Assembly (NCBI GenBank): GCA_963777165.1
Contig: CAVZPO010000027.1
Span: forward strand, 22,209 to 86,208
DNA: 64,000 nucleotides
Direction of reading: 5' to 3'
From: an uncultured Chloroflexia bacterium
GTDB taxonomy: Bacteria > Chloroflexota > Anaerolineae > Anaerolineales > E44-bin32
Under the pieces are notes generated by a model. That model had not been told where the DNA came from and ran no database searches. It saw only the letters and a list, made by a program, of their open reading frames with translations. Within the stretch, counting starts at the first letter, position 1, and the number at the start of each line of letters is the position of its first letter. Below are positions 20,866 to 30,502 of the stretch, piece after piece. The position numbers were made by a program, and so were the translations under genes.

Positions 20866-21278
20866 CTACCGGCGGCGTCTCGAACCAGCGGTGGCGCCGA
20901 GAATGACAAACACGAGTGCCACTCCAAGCAAGAACCCAAGGTTGTACTGGCTCCCATCGTTGTGGACTTCGTACATCTGCACATTGGAGTTGACGAAGGA
21001 CAGCACTAGGGTCACCGGGGAAATGATCCCGTGCCAAAGTCCCAGCAGGATGCCGGCGACGCGACCACGCGCATCGCGCGGTATTGACCAGCGGGTTCGG
21101 GTCCGGGCGCATTGACTTGTATGGTTACGCCGGGGACGTTGATCTGACCGCTGGGAGCGGGCGTACCGGGCGTGCCCGGGACCGGCGTATTGACTTGTGC
21201 GACGGGGCCGGGAGCACAGCCCGCGACTGCGCCCATCATCACGGCCAGAAGCGCGAAAGCGACAAGTGCCTTCCTCAT
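20866..21278 (-). CDS. Lipoprotein/membrane protein of unknown function, with frame breaks near 21090-21110
   Basis: ORF 21012..21278: signal plus lipobox MRKALVAFALLAVMMGAVAGC and a Pro/Gly-rich linker. The C-terminal part is in the frame of ORF 20866..21738: ...GILLGLWHGIISPVTLVLSFVNSNVQMYEVHNDGSQYNLGFLLGVALVFVILG. Confidence 0.55.
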
Positions 21279-21382
21279 CTCTTACCTCCAGACCCGGTCT
21301 GACGGGCCGTTGCCTGAGTTGCCGTTGCAGGAATGCGAGCTCGAAAGGCGCACGCAGCTCGTTTCTCATTCTGCGGCCATTG

Positions 21383-21436
21383 CTCCCTGACCGCATCCAA
21401 CGACTGGGGAGTATCGATCTCCGCCATTTGGGGGAG
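21383..21436 (-). repeat. Intergenic box-plus-hairpin repeat, copy B (inverted, degenerate)
   Basis: The reverse complement reads CTCCCCCAAATGGCGGAG-ATCGAT-ACTCCCCAGTCGTTGGATGCGGTCAGGGAG. The box is conserved and the hairpin arms are mutated. Confidence 0.7.
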
Positions 21437-21944
21437 ATAGTAAGGAAGGGGGGCACATCACATTCTGCCTGGCGGGCACCTGACCCGGGCTTCAAGGGCG
21501 GGCTGCGGCATGAGCACTTGAATGGGGGGCTTTCGACCCGCTCCCGGACGATGTGCTGATCGAACAGTGGAGGCCGAGGCCAGCCGATGACGTCACACGG
21601 CTCGCGAGAGCAATCCCCCGCCGGCACCGGATGCTTATCGGCCCCCCTTCCCACGATCTCCACTTGCTGCTGCAGCCTGCGGACCCAAGTGGGCTCTGGC
21701 AGAGAAACCAGGGAGAGCCGAGCCCCGGCAGCTCTCAACGCTCACTGTTGACCCGTTGGGCCGCGATTCTGCAGCCCCATTCGAGATACACTTCTGTCAT
21801 GGTCTTCTGGCCGCAGGTGAGTGGATCCGGGTCGTCGCCCGGGAGGAGCGAATGGACCGGCTAGCAAGCGGGAATCAGACCAGATGACGTGCGGGCGGAA
21901 ACAGGATCACCTCGCGCCTTTGTTCTCAGCCAGGGAACGCCCTC

Positions 21945-23573
21945 ATGCAGCGTAGCCGGCCCCGTCCGTCTCCCGGGGAAGAAGGGCGATTCCGCAGCAT
22001 CTTCGATGCCGCCGCCGACGGGTTGATCCTTAGCGATGCGGAAACCGGGGCCGTGATCGAGGCCAACCCCGCGGCGTGCGCGATGCACGGCTGCACCCAC
22101 GAGGCATTCCTCGGGCTCCTCCCGGCGGGATTCATCCACCCCGAAAGCCTGCAGATCTTCGGCAACTACCTCCGGGGCATTCGATCCGGCGCCGTGTCCG
22201 ACACGCGGGTCCAGCATGTACGCCGGGACGGCTCGACGTTTCATGCTGAATGGCGTGGTACGGCGTTCTCCTATCAGGGCCGACCGTGCCACCTGAGTAC
22301 CGTTCGGGACGTCAGCCAGCACGTCCTGGCAGACCAGCGTCTCAACCAACGGGTTGAAGCCCGCACGCGTGAGCAATCCGCGCTGTTGGAGATCTCGCAC
22401 GTCCTGGCCTCGACGCTGGAACTCCAGCCCGTTCTGATCCTGGAGCAACTGCGGGAGATCATCGAGTACACGCACGCCGGGCTTTTCGGTCTGACGGACT
22501 CAGCACTGGTTGTTCTGGCCGTACGCGGGCCACCGCAGCTCGAGCGGGCCGTGCCCCTCCAGGTCCGAGTGGAAGGTCCCGAGACGCTGGCGGCTTTGTT
22601 CAACGGTCAGCGGCCGATCCGCATCGCAGACGTTCGCGGCGCCGACCCGGCGGCGGAGTTCCTGCGCACGCTCTTGAACGGGGCTGCGGCCGCGCTCCTG
22701 GAAGGGGTGCGTGCGTGGATGTGGGTCCCCCTGGCCGTCAAAGGCCGGATCATCGGCGGCCTGGGCGTGGCGCATGCCCAGCAGGATTACTTCACGGCCC
22801 ACCACGCCGCCCTGGCCCTCTCGATGGCCGACCAGGTCGCGATCACCATGGTCAATGCCGAACTGTACGAACAAGCCCGGGCGCTCGCCGCGCTGCAGGA
22901 ACGACAGCGCCTGGCTCGGAACCTCCACGATGCGGTCAACCAATCGCTCTTCTCCGCCGGCCTGATCGCCGAAGTCCTGCCGCGCCTGTGGGAGCTCGAC
23001 CCGGTCGAGGCGCGGCAGTCCTTGGAGGACCTGCGCCGGCTCACACGCGGTGCCCTGGCCGAAATGCGCGAGCTGTTGGCCGAGCTGCGGCCCTCGGTCC
23101 TGACCGACAGCAGCCTGGGCGACCTGCTGCGCCAGTTGGCCAGCGCCTTCACCGGCCGCACGAATGTTCCGGTTCGCGTGGCCATCGCCGGGGAACATGT
23201 TCTCTCCGCAGGAATCCAGGTGGCGCTCTATCGGATCTGCCAGGAAGCGCTCAACAACATCGCCAAACACGGCGGTGCCAGCCGCGTGGAGATCAGCCTG
23301 GACTATGATGCCGGTGCGGCCCAGGCGCCTTTGCCCCTTGCCCTCGCCGGCGTCCCCCCCATGATTGCGGTCAACTCGGTGGAGTTGCGGATACGCGACG
23401 ATGGCCAAGGCTTCGACCTCACACAGCCTGCGGGCTCCGGTCACTATGGTCTGGGCATGATGCGCGAGCGCGCCGAAGCCGCGGGCGCGCGGCTGACGGT
23501 CACCAGCAGTCCGGGGCAAGGAACCGAAATCTCCGTGCATTGGCAAGCTGCTCCAGAAGAGGAGGCTCGATGA
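21945..23573 (+). CDS. Sensor histidine kinase: PAS - GAF - HisKA_3 - HATPase_c (NarL-partner type)
   Basis: ORF 21945..23573, intact, 542 aa. PAS: FRSIFDAAADGLILSD. H-box: RLARNLHDAVNQSL. ATPase: ELRIRDDGQGFD...GLGMMRERAEAAGARL. Confidence 0.9.
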   Translation: MQRSRPRPSPGEEGRFRSIFDAAADGLILSDAETGAVIEANPAACAMHGCTHEAFLGLLPAGFIHPESLQIFGNYLRGIRSGAVSDTRVQHVRRDGSTFHAEWRGTAFSYQGRPCHLSTVRDVSQHVLADQRLNQRVEARTREQSALLEISHVLASTLELQPVLILEQLREIIEYTHAGLFGLTDSALVVLAVRGPPQLERAVPLQVRVEGPETLAALFNGQRPIRIADVRGADPAAEFLRTLLNGAAAALLEGVRAWMWVPLAVKGRIIGGLGVAHAQQDYFTAHHAALALSMADQVAITMVNAELYEQARALAALQERQRLARNLHDAVNQSLFSAGLIAEVLPRLWELDPVEARQSLEDLRRLTRGALAEMRELLAELRPSVLTDSSLGDLLRQLASAFTGRTNVPVRVAIAGEHVLSAGIQVALYRICQEALNNIAKHGGASRVEISLDYDAGAAQAPLPLALAGVPPMIAVNSVELRIRDDGQGFDLTQPAGSGHYGLGMMRERAEAAGARLTVTSSPGQGTEISVHWQAAPEEEAR

Positions 23574-24214
23574 CGTCCCCCTCCCCACGCATCCGCGTTT
23601 TGGTCGTTGACGACCATGCGATGGTCCGCCGTGGGCTGGCGACCTTCCTCAAGGTCTTTGAGGACCTGGAACTGGCGGGCGAAGCCGCCGACGGGCAGTC
23701 CGCTATTCAGCAGTGCGCGGAACTCGAGCCGGATGTTGTCCTGATGGACATGGTCATGCCGGACATGGATGGGGCCGCCGCGACGCGCCTCATCCGTCGC
23801 CAGTCCGAATCGATTCAGGTCCTGGCATTGACGAGCTTCAAGGAGGAAATCCTGGTGCAGAGCGCGCTGCAGGCCGGTGCCATCGGCTATCTACTCAAGG
23901 ATGTGTCGGCCGACGAATTGGCCCAAGCCATCCGCGCGGCGCATGCCGGCCGCGCCACCCTCTCTCCCGAAGCAGCACAGGCGCTGGTGCATGCCGCCTC
24001 CCAGGCTCCGAGACCGGGCTCGGATCTGACCGAGCGCGAGCTTGCCGTGCTGGCCCTGATGGTCGAGGGGTTGAACAACACACAGATCGCCGCACGGTTG
24101 AGCGTCAGCCCTTCCACGATCAAATCCCACGTCAGCAACGTCCTGTCGAAGCTCGGCGTCGCCAGCCGCACGGAAGCCGTCAGCCTGGCACTCCGCAACC
24201 GCCTGGTCATCTAA
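23570..24214 (+). CDS. NarL/FixJ-family response regulator (REC plus LuxR HTH)
   Basis: ORF 23540..24214. The Met at 23570 overlaps the kinase stop (ATGA). Sequence: RVLVVDDHAMVRRGL...VVLMDMVMPDMDG...LTERELAVLALMVEGLNNTQIAARLSVSPSTIKSHVSNV. Confidence 0.9.
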   Translation: MTSPSPRIRVLVVDDHAMVRRGLATFLKVFEDLELAGEAADGQSAIQQCAELEPDVVLMDMVMPDMDGAAATRLIRRQSESIQVLALTSFKEEILVQSALQAGAIGYLLKDVSADELAQAIRAAHAGRATLSPEAAQALVHAASQAPRPGSDLTERELAVLALMVEGLNNTQIAARLSVSPSTIKSHVSNVLSKLGVASRTEAVSLALRNRLVI

Positions 24215-24224
24215 GCCCCGTCCG

Positions 24225-24290
24225 TGCCTCCCCCAAGTGGCGGAGACAAACACTCCCCGGCCGATGGATGTGGCCGGGGAGGAATAGGCG
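24225..24290 (+). repeat. Intergenic box-plus-hairpin repeat, copy C (intact)
   Basis: CTCCCCCAAGTGGCGGAG (24228-24245), then hairpin CTCCCCGGCC-GATGGATGT-GGCCGGGGAG (24253-24281). It starts 11 nt after the regulator stop. Confidence 0.85.
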
Positions 24291-24302
24291 CATCATGAGC
24301 TT

Positions 24303-24675
24303 ATGACCCGCGTGTTTCTCGCCGATGCTCAGCCCGATGAGCGCAAGGCTCTGCGAATCGTGCTGCGAGACCTCAAGATGGAGATCGTCGGCGAAACCGC
24401 AGATTGGCCAACGACGTTGGCCAAGGCTCCCAAGACCGGGTTGGACATGTTGCTCGTGGATTGGGGGATGCTCCCCACCGAGATTGGGAGTGAAGGCCCT
24501 GGCTGACCTGCGCCTGGCCTGTCCCATTGCGATCGTGGTGGTCCTCATCAGCCATCTGGATGCCCGGCACCAGGCTGCGCTCTCCGCTGGAGCCGATGTC
24601 TTCATCAGTAAGGGCGAGACCCCCGAGCGTGTGGCCGAACGCCTGCAATCCGCAGCGGATAGTGTTCGCACGTAG
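24303..24675 (+). CDS. Stand-alone receiver-domain protein (CheY-like), with one frame break near 24485
   Basis: ORF 24303..24506: MTRVFLADAQPDERKALRIVLRDL...DMLLVDWGM. It continues in ORF 24325..24675: ...VKALADLRLACPIAIVVVLISHLDARHQAALSAGADVFISKGE. Confidence 0.7.
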
Positions 24676-24780
24676 GTTTCCCGGCGGATGGCTTTGAGCC
24701 CCGCACATCCATCCGCCCCGGGTGCCGCCGGAAACCGATCAGCCGATTTCATCGAACAGGAGGAGCAGGAGGAGCGAACC

Positions 24781-25020
24781 TTGAATAAAGACATCTTCGA
24801 AGGCAAATGGAAACAAGTCCGAGGCGAGGCAAAGGCCTGGTGGGGCAAGCTCACCGATGACGACTTGGATCGGGCCGCCGGCAAAGTCGACGTTCTTGCC
24901 GGCCTACTTCAGGAAAAGTACGGCTACACCCGCCAGCACGCGGTGGACGAAATCGATAGGCGCGTGACGGAGTATGAGGCGGGTCTGAAAGCCAAGACCG
25001 CCCCCCTCCGCAGCAAGTGA
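24781..25020 (+). CDS. CsbD-family general stress protein
   Basis: ORF 24688..25020. TTG start at 24781 follows GGAGGAG. Sequence: NKDIFEGKWKQVRGEAKAWWGKLTDDDLDRAAGKVDVLAGLLQEKYGYTRQHA. Confidence 0.8.
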   Translation: MNKDIFEGKWKQVRGEAKAWWGKLTDDDLDRAAGKVDVLAGLLQEKYGYTRQHAVDEIDRRVTEYEAGLKAKTAPLRSK

Positions 25021-25120
25021 TCGGGGCGGGTCAACCGGTCCTTCTCGTCGGAGAAGAACCTGGCATCAAGAACGAGCGCGATCCTGTGCAATTTGCACAC
25101 TCACACTTGAGGAGAATGCG

Positions 25121-25376
25121 ATGAACATCATTATCTATCTGGTCGCTGCGGCGATCGTCGGCTGGGTGGCGAGCGAAATCATGCACGACCGTGCCAGCCT
25201 GTTGATGAACATCCTCGTCGGCGTCGTCGGCGCCTTCCTGGCCGGCTACTTCCTTAGCCCGATCTTCAAGGTCGGGACGATCAACGATGCGGTCAACCTT
25301 CCCACCATGCTGGTGACGCTCGCTGGGCGCCATCATCGTGATCGCGCTCGTCCATCTCATCCGTCGCCGGGTTTAA
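25121..25376 (+). CDS. GlsB/YeaQ/YmgE (transglycosylase-associated) small membrane protein, with one frame break near 25316
   Basis: ORF 25121..25450: MNIIIYLVAAAIVGWVASEIM...ILVGVVGAFLAGYF. The natural C-terminus LGAIIVIALVHLIRRRV* is in the next frame. Confidence 0.7.
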
Positions 25377-25478
25377 CCCGGCCTGCTTTCGCCCGGGTTC
25401 GATCCACAAGGCAGGGGTGCGGTGACGCACCCCTGCCCAGGCTCTCGTAGGCGAGCACACGCAGCAAGGAGGATTAAG

Positions 25479-25895
25479 GTGACCGACAACAGAGTCTCCG
25501 AGGTTCGCACGACCCAAAGGGAACCGGAACGAGAACAGCGCATCTTCACCTTCAAGGCTACCCAGTTGGTCTGGCTGCTCTTTGGAGTGCTGGAGGCGCT
25601 GATCGCACTGCGCATCGTGCTGAAGCTGTTCGGGGCCAACGCCGCCAGCCCGGTGGCTGCGTTCCTGTATGGGTTCACCGACCTGTTCCTGTGGCCCTTT
25701 GCCGGGCTCCTGGGGACACCGCAAGCGGCCGGCATGGTGCTGGAACTCTCGTCCGTCGTCGCCATGGCGGTGTACGCCCTGATCGCCTGGGCGCTTGAAA
25801 GACTCATCTGGGTGCTCTTCTACCGCCCGCGCGGCGGACCGGTCGTGGGCGTCACAGAAACCACCAGCACGAATCAGCGCACGGGTCCTCGCTAG
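25479..25895 (+). CDS. YggT-family membrane protein
   Basis: ORF 25422..25895. GTG start at 25479 follows AAGGAGG. Sequence: FKATQLVWLLFGVLEALIALRIVLKLFGAN...FTDLFLWPF. Confidence 0.7.
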   Translation: MTDNRVSEVRTTQREPEREQRIFTFKATQLVWLLFGVLEALIALRIVLKLFGANAASPVAAFLYGFTDLFLWPFAGLLGTPQAAGMVLELSSVVAMAVYALIAWALERLIWVLFYRPRGGPVVGVTETTSTNQRTGPR

Positions 25896-25921
25896 CAGGG
25901 CCAAGATAAGCGGAGAGAACC

Positions 25922-26572
25922 ATGCTTCCAATTGGCGATGATAATAGCGCTCGAAGAACCGTGCCGATCGTTACGTACATTCTCATCCTGCTGAATGTGC
26001 TCTTCTTCTTTGTGGAGCTCAGCGGCGGCGATGCCTTCATCATGCGATGGGCGTTCGTTCCCAGCCGCTTCCTGGCCAATCCCGGAGCCGAATTCCCGAC
26101 GCTGTTCACCTCCATGTTCATGCACGTCGGTTGGGTCCACCTGGGTGGCAACATGCTCTACCTGTGGATCTTCGGGGACAATATCGAGGATCGTTTCGGG
26201 CACGTGCAGTTCTTGATTGGCTATCTGATCTGCGGGTTGGCGGCCACGGCGGCCCAGTTGGCCTTCAGCCTGGACTCAAGCATCCCGAACCTGGGCGCCT
26301 CCGGGGCCATCGCTGGCGTGCTCGGCGCCTACATCTTGTTGTTCCCGAGAGCCAGGGTTAGTGTCGCACAAGGACAGGCAGTCGTCCCAGTTCCCGCGCT
26401 GATCGTGATCGGGCTTTGGTTCGTTCTGCAGCTCTTCAGCAGCCTCGGCTCCATCGCCAGCTCGGCCGATACGGGGGGTACGGCCTACATGGCACACGTC
26501 GGAGGGTTTGTCGCCGGCGTGGTGCTGACGTTGTTGTTCCGAGGGAGCACGCGAACACCCTTGACGGCCTGA
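25922..26572 (+). CDS. Rhomboid-family intramembrane serine protease
   Basis: ORF 25922..26572: ...FMHVGWVHLGGNMLYLWIFG...GASGAIAGVLGAY...AHVGGFVAG (catalytic Ser and His motifs). Confidence 0.9.
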   Translation: MLPIGDDNSARRTVPIVTYILILLNVLFFFVELSGGDAFIMRWAFVPSRFLANPGAEFPTLFTSMFMHVGWVHLGGNMLYLWIFGDNIEDRFGHVQFLIGYLICGLAATAAQLAFSLDSSIPNLGASGAIAGVLGAYILLFPRARVSVAQGQAVVPVPALIVIGLWFVLQLFSSLGSIASSADTGGTAYMAHVGGFVAGVVLTLLFRGSTRTPLTA

Positions 26573-26821
26573 TGGCCCGCATTCGTCTTGGTGCCCAGGA
26601 ATCCCAAGGGCGACCGATGGACGACGGCGAAGAGGGTGACGAGAGGGTACTTTGGCCCCGGGTCATGGCGCTGGATCTCGCCTCCGTGACCGCACGGGTG
26701 ATGGTGGGCTTGATCGCCTGGGCCCTCAAGCCGCTGGCCTGGGTGGATCTTCTACCGCCCGCGCGGCGCGCCGGTCGTGGGCGTCACGCGCACCTCGACC
26801 ACGGATCATCGCACTCCATAG
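26571..26821 (+). pseudogene. YggT-like C-terminal paralogue or fragment, frame-broken near 26745
   Basis: ...LDLASVTARVMVGLIAWALKPLAWV, then (next frame) IFYRPRGAPVVGVTRTSTTDHRTP*. Positions 26749-26787 are nearly identical at the DNA level to 25817-25855. Confidence 0.4.
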
Positions 26822-26833
26822 CAGAGGGACGGC

Positions 26834-27007
26834 ATGGACATCGCCTCCGACAGATACAACTCGAAGGAAGACCGGCCGGGGGCGCTCTTGGCCCTGGTGC
26901 AGGCCGTCCGGGGCATGGTCGGGCGGCTGTACGGGTTCTTTGCCCTTACAGATGACGAGTGGTCGAACGTCGGCATCTACCTGGGGGGGATGAAGCAGGA
27001 CCGCTAG
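26834..27007 (+). CDS. Possible small protein (57 aa), unknown function
   Basis: Own translation: MDIASDRYNSKEDRPGALLALVQAVRGMVGRLYGFFALTDDEWSNVGIYLGGMKQDR. AGAGGGA lies upstream. No recognisable family. Confidence 0.3.
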   Translation: MDIASDRYNSKEDRPGALLALVQAVRGMVGRLYGFFALTDDEWSNVGIYLGGMKQDR

Positions 27008-27078
27008 GCATAGTGCAGCGCACTTTGCGCAAGCCGGAAAGCGCGATCGCCGGCATGAGTAGTCAAGGAGGTGACAAG

Positions 27079-27432
27079 ATGGAAGACAGCACCGAGGAAC
27101 ACAACAGCAGCTTCCAGAGTACGAAGAGCATGCTGATCGGCTTTCTGGTCGGCGGTTTGGCCGGCGCAGGAGCGATGCTTCTGCTCGCACCCCAGTCGGG
27201 AGCGGAGACGCGTGCCCAGATTCGGGAGAGAAGCATCCAGTTGCGCGATCAGACGGCCGCTACCGTGAGGAACGTGTTGGAGCAGGCTCGTGTCGAGACC
27301 GAGGAGATGGCGGCTGGCGTTCGGGAGAAGGCCGGGGAACTCAAGCATCGAGGGCAGGAGAAGCTCGTGGAGCAGATCGATCGTGCATCCGCCGCTCTCG
27401 ACGCCGGGAAGAAAGCGGTCAAGTCCGCCTAA
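27079..27432 (+). CDS. YtxH-domain protein
   Basis: ORF 26959..27432. Met at 27079 follows AAGGAGG. Sequence: LIGFLVGGLAGAGAMLLLAPQSGAETRAQIRERS... Confidence 0.75.
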   Translation: MEDSTEEHNSSFQSTKSMLIGFLVGGLAGAGAMLLLAPQSGAETRAQIRERSIQLRDQTAATVRNVLEQARVETEEMAAGVREKAGELKHRGQEKLVEQIDRASAALDAGKKAVKSA

Positions 27433-27495
27433 GGTCGCGACATCCGCAGCCCACCGTCACCCGGCGGCCCGCAAGGGCCGCGGGGGGCGGACGGC

Positions 27496-27678
27496 TTGAC
27501 GCTTGTCGCCTCAGAAAGGATCGGCACCGTGCGTTTCACCAAGAACATCGGCATGCTTCTGCTGGCCATCTTCCTCATCGCCTGGGGACTGGCCCAGCTT
27601 CTAGGATTGGGCGGCCTCTACCCTCTCCTGGCGATCCTCGCCATCGCAGCCGGCATCTTCCTTCTGCTAGGGCGTTAG
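27496..27678 (+). CDS. Small two-TM membrane protein
   Basis: ORF 27496..27678: ...FTKNIGMLLLAIFLIAWGLAQLLGLGGLYPLLAILAIAAGIFLLLGR. The start is uncertain (GTG near 27529 is possible). Confidence 0.5.
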   Translation: MTLVASERIGTVRFTKNIGMLLLAIFLIAWGLAQLLGLGGLYPLLAILAIAAGIFLLLGR

Positions 27679-27721
27679 GTCAGCCTACCCTCAGACGGCC
27701 CATGAGGGGCCCTGGCGTGAA

Positions 27722-28711
27722 ATGCGCGCGTCAATAGCAGGCGGCCTCAAGTCTTCCTCCCACCTCCCGCTGCGGGCGAAGCTGATCTTCAATGCTGGCT
27801 CCGGCCGGCCGGAAGAATCACCTCAGCAGCTTGCCGTGATTCTTTCGGAGATGCAGGACCACGATATCCTGCCCGAGGTCTATACCGTCCGCCCGGACAG
27901 CCAAGTTGAGACCATCGTGCGCAATGCCATCAAGGCGGGCATCAAACTGATCGTCGTAGCCGGCGGCGACGGGACGATCGACAGTGTCGTAGGGGCCATG
28001 GTCGGACAGGACGCAACCCTCGGCATTATCCCCACCGGTACGCGGAACAACGTCGCATTCAACCTGGGGATCGGCGAGGATATCCCCAAGTCCGTCGCCC
28101 TCCTGCGCCAGGGACGCCGGTTGAAGATCGATGTAGGCCGAGTTCACTTCGGCCGTTTCCGTCACTGGTTTCTGGAACTCGCCACGCTGGGCCTCGTGTC
28201 CGATCTCTATCCCATGGCGGATGATCTTCAGCACGGAGACCTGGGGCAGATCGGCGCATTGTTGTCGACCCTGGCCTCGGCCACGCCCTCGCGCCTGCGG
28301 GTAAGTCTGGACGGGCACAAGGTTCTGGGTACGACGGCGCACATGATCCTGGTGACAAACATGCCCTTCCTAGGGCCGCGCTTCCAGCTCTCCCCGAACG
28401 TATCGTTCAGAGACGGGCGTCTGGATGTGTTCGCATTTCCGGACATGAGCAAGCTGGGTATGCTCTCCCATGCCGTGCTATCTCGCGGTGCTCTGGTGAA
28501 GGATGCCGGCGTTGTGCACTACCACGCCAAGCACATCACAATCGCCGCCAACCCGCAAATGACGGTGCTTGCCGACGGCATCCAGTTGGGCCAGGGCTCC
28601 TTAATCGTTCACGTCCACCCTCGCGCCCTGAGGGTGGTGGCTGGCACAGTGCTTACAGGACAGGACGCGACAACAGCGAAGATCGATCCCATGCTGGCGC
28701 CCGATGGATAA
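27722..28711 (+). CDS. Diacylglycerol/lipid kinase family protein (YegS/BmrU-like)
   Basis: ORF 27722..28711: KLIFNAGSGR...LIVVAGGDGTIDSVVGAM...LGIIPTGTRNNVA. Confidence 0.85.
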   Translation: MRASIAGGLKSSSHLPLRAKLIFNAGSGRPEESPQQLAVILSEMQDHDILPEVYTVRPDSQVETIVRNAIKAGIKLIVVAGGDGTIDSVVGAMVGQDATLGIIPTGTRNNVAFNLGIGEDIPKSVALLRQGRRLKIDVGRVHFGRFRHWFLELATLGLVSDLYPMADDLQHGDLGQIGALLSTLASATPSRLRVSLDGHKVLGTTAHMILVTNMPFLGPRFQLSPNVSFRDGRLDVFAFPDMSKLGMLSHAVLSRGALVKDAGVVHYHAKHITIAANPQMTVLADGIQLGQGSLIVHVHPRALRVVAGTVLTGQDATTAKIDPMLAPDG

Positions 28712-29474
28712 TGGCACTCCCAAGCCAGTCCGTGCTCTCCCATTGACGGCCCGCGCTTCCTTCTGGTCCGCCCAACAGCGACGCCCTGTCTTTCTGCTCC
28801 TCTTGGTGATTGGATTGGTGCTGGTTCTTGCCTGGCTGCCGGGCGGGACGCGGGCATCCCTGTGGGCGGCCTTGAGCGCCCAACGTGGTCTCATCGTCTT
28901 GCTTTCCTTGTTTGCCCTGGTGACGTTGTCGTTGATCTGGTCGGCCGGTCAGCGCCTGGACACCCGGATCTTCACGCTGCTCAACATGCAGGTCTATCCG
29001 CGGTGGCTGGATCGTTGTATGTGGCTCGCCACCCAGCTCGGGAGCATGGTGGCTGCAATGATCGCCGCCTTCCTTCTCTATCTCCTTGACGACCGGCGTC
29101 TGGCTGTCGAGATCGTCTTCGGGACCCTCACGCTCTGGCTGCTGGTGGAACTCATCAAGGCGATTTCTGATCGGGACCGGCCGTTCCACACATTGGACAA
29201 GGCACGCGTCATCGGCCGGCGAGAGAGGGGCAATTCCTTTCCCAGCGGTCATACCACCCAGGTGTTCTTCCTGACCGCCCTGCTCATCCATCACTTCCAG
29301 TTCGGGGTGGTGGTCGCTGGAGCGCTGTATGCAGTCGCGGCCCTGGTCGGCCTCACGCGGATCTATGTTGGCGCGCACTACCCGCGAGACGTCATCGCGG
29401 GAGTTGTTCTTGGATCGGTCTGGGGATTACTGGCGATCCTGGTGGATCGCTATTGGCTTGTCCTTCACTTCTGA
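28704..29474 (+). CDS. PAP2-superfamily phosphatase (membrane)
   Basis: ORF 28704..29474: KAISDRDRP...SFPSGHT...RIYVGAHYPRDV. Overlaps the lipid kinase by 8 nt. Confidence 0.85.
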   Translation: MDNGTPKPVRALPLTARASFWSAQQRRPVFLLLLVIGLVLVLAWLPGGTRASLWAALSAQRGLIVLLSLFALVTLSLIWSAGQRLDTRIFTLLNMQVYPRWLDRCMWLATQLGSMVAAMIAAFLLYLLDDRRLAVEIVFGTLTLWLLVELIKAISDRDRPFHTLDKARVIGRRERGNSFPSGHTTQVFFLTALLIHHFQFGVVVAGALYAVAALVGLTRIYVGAHYPRDVIAGVVLGSVWGLLAILVDRYWLVLHF

Positions 29475-29550
29475 TGCCGCCTCCCCCAAGTGGCGGAGGC
29501 AAGGACTCCCCGGCCGATGGATGCGATGAGAGGGCCCCCGCTGTAGGATG
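29475..29550 (+). repeat. Intergenic box-plus-hairpin repeat, copy D (3' hairpin arm lost)
   Basis: CTCCCCCAAGTGGCGGAG (29481-29498), then CTCCCCGGCC-GATGGATGC (29506-29524) followed by diverged sequence, then TAGGAT (29544-29549). It starts at the PAP2 stop. Confidence 0.75.
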
Positions 29551-29877
29551 AGCTCAGTCTCCCCAGACCTCCTTGGGTCCTTTCGGGCCCGATCCTGAAG
29601 CCAACAGGCATCATGCCGGTGAGTCTTCATGGTCATCGTGCGGATTGTCGACCGGTTACCGGGGGATATTGGACTGAGTGTCTCCTTTGCCTCTCCGCTC
29701 CCTGGCAGAGGTGTGTGCGTCGAATTGGCCGTCGAGGCGATCCTGGGTGTTCTGCAGCCATCGGCGAACCTCGGGTTCCCAGCTATGCCCCACTCGGCCC
29801 GGAGCCGGCCGTCCCGGCCCCCGCTCCATGTACCTTGCAGCTGAGGTGCTGTTCCCATCCTAAGCGAGGAGAAGATC

Positions 29878-30315
29878 ATGAAGAAATGTGAAGAGGTAAT
29901 GACGAGGGGCCCCGTTTGCTGCCTGCCGACGACCATGGTCGAGGAGGCGGCTCAACTCATGAAACGCGAGAACATCGGCCCGATACCCGTCATCCAGGAC
30001 GAGCAGACACGAAAGCTCGTCGGTATCGTTACCGATCGGGATCTGGCTTTGAAGATCGTGGCCGAAGGCCGCGACGCCAAGTCCACGAAAGTGGAGGCGG
30101 TGATGACGCGCAAGGTGGTGACCTGCCGCGCCGAGGATGACGTGCAGAAGGCGCTGGACGCGATGGCCGAACATCAGTTGCGCCGCATTCCGGTCGTGGA
30201 CAAAGATGGCAGGATCCTGGGGATTATTGCTCAGGCAGACGTAGCCACGCGCGTGAACCAGCCGGACAAGACCGCCGAAGTGGTGAAGGGAATCTCCCAA
30301 GACAACAAGAACTGA
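29878..30315 (+). CDS. CBS-domain pair protein
   Basis: ORF 29878..30315: ...VCCLPTTMVEEAAQLMKRENIGPIPVI...VGIVTDRDLAL...AMAEHQLRRIPVVDKDGRILGIIAQADV. Confidence 0.85.
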   Translation: MKKCEEVMTRGPVCCLPTTMVEEAAQLMKRENIGPIPVIQDEQTRKLVGIVTDRDLALKIVAEGRDAKSTKVEAVMTRKVVTCRAEDDVQKALDAMAEHQLRRIPVVDKDGRILGIIAQADVATRVNQPDKTAEVVKGISQDNKN

Positions 30316-30502
30316 TGGATCGTTCGCTGCGGGTGATTGCGTGTCCCGGCTCCATGAGCGTTGGGTCCGGGCTGGGGGCGAAGCGACGCACAGCCTGGGC
30401 CCGTCGCCGGGGTGCATGCACCCCGGCGGCCTCCTCGACAACAGGGTGGATTAGTTCGCACCTGTCCTCCGGTGACTCCCGGGGCGTCTCGGTTGCGCTG
30501 CC

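Noticed and set aside
29650-29830. A 58-aa minus-strand ORF (MERGPGRPAPGRVGHSWEPEVRRWLQNTQDRLDGQFDAHTSARERRGKGDTQSNIPR) in the long spacer upstream of the CBS gene.
   Set aside because: It has no RBS, a highly charged low-complexity composition and no family resemblance.
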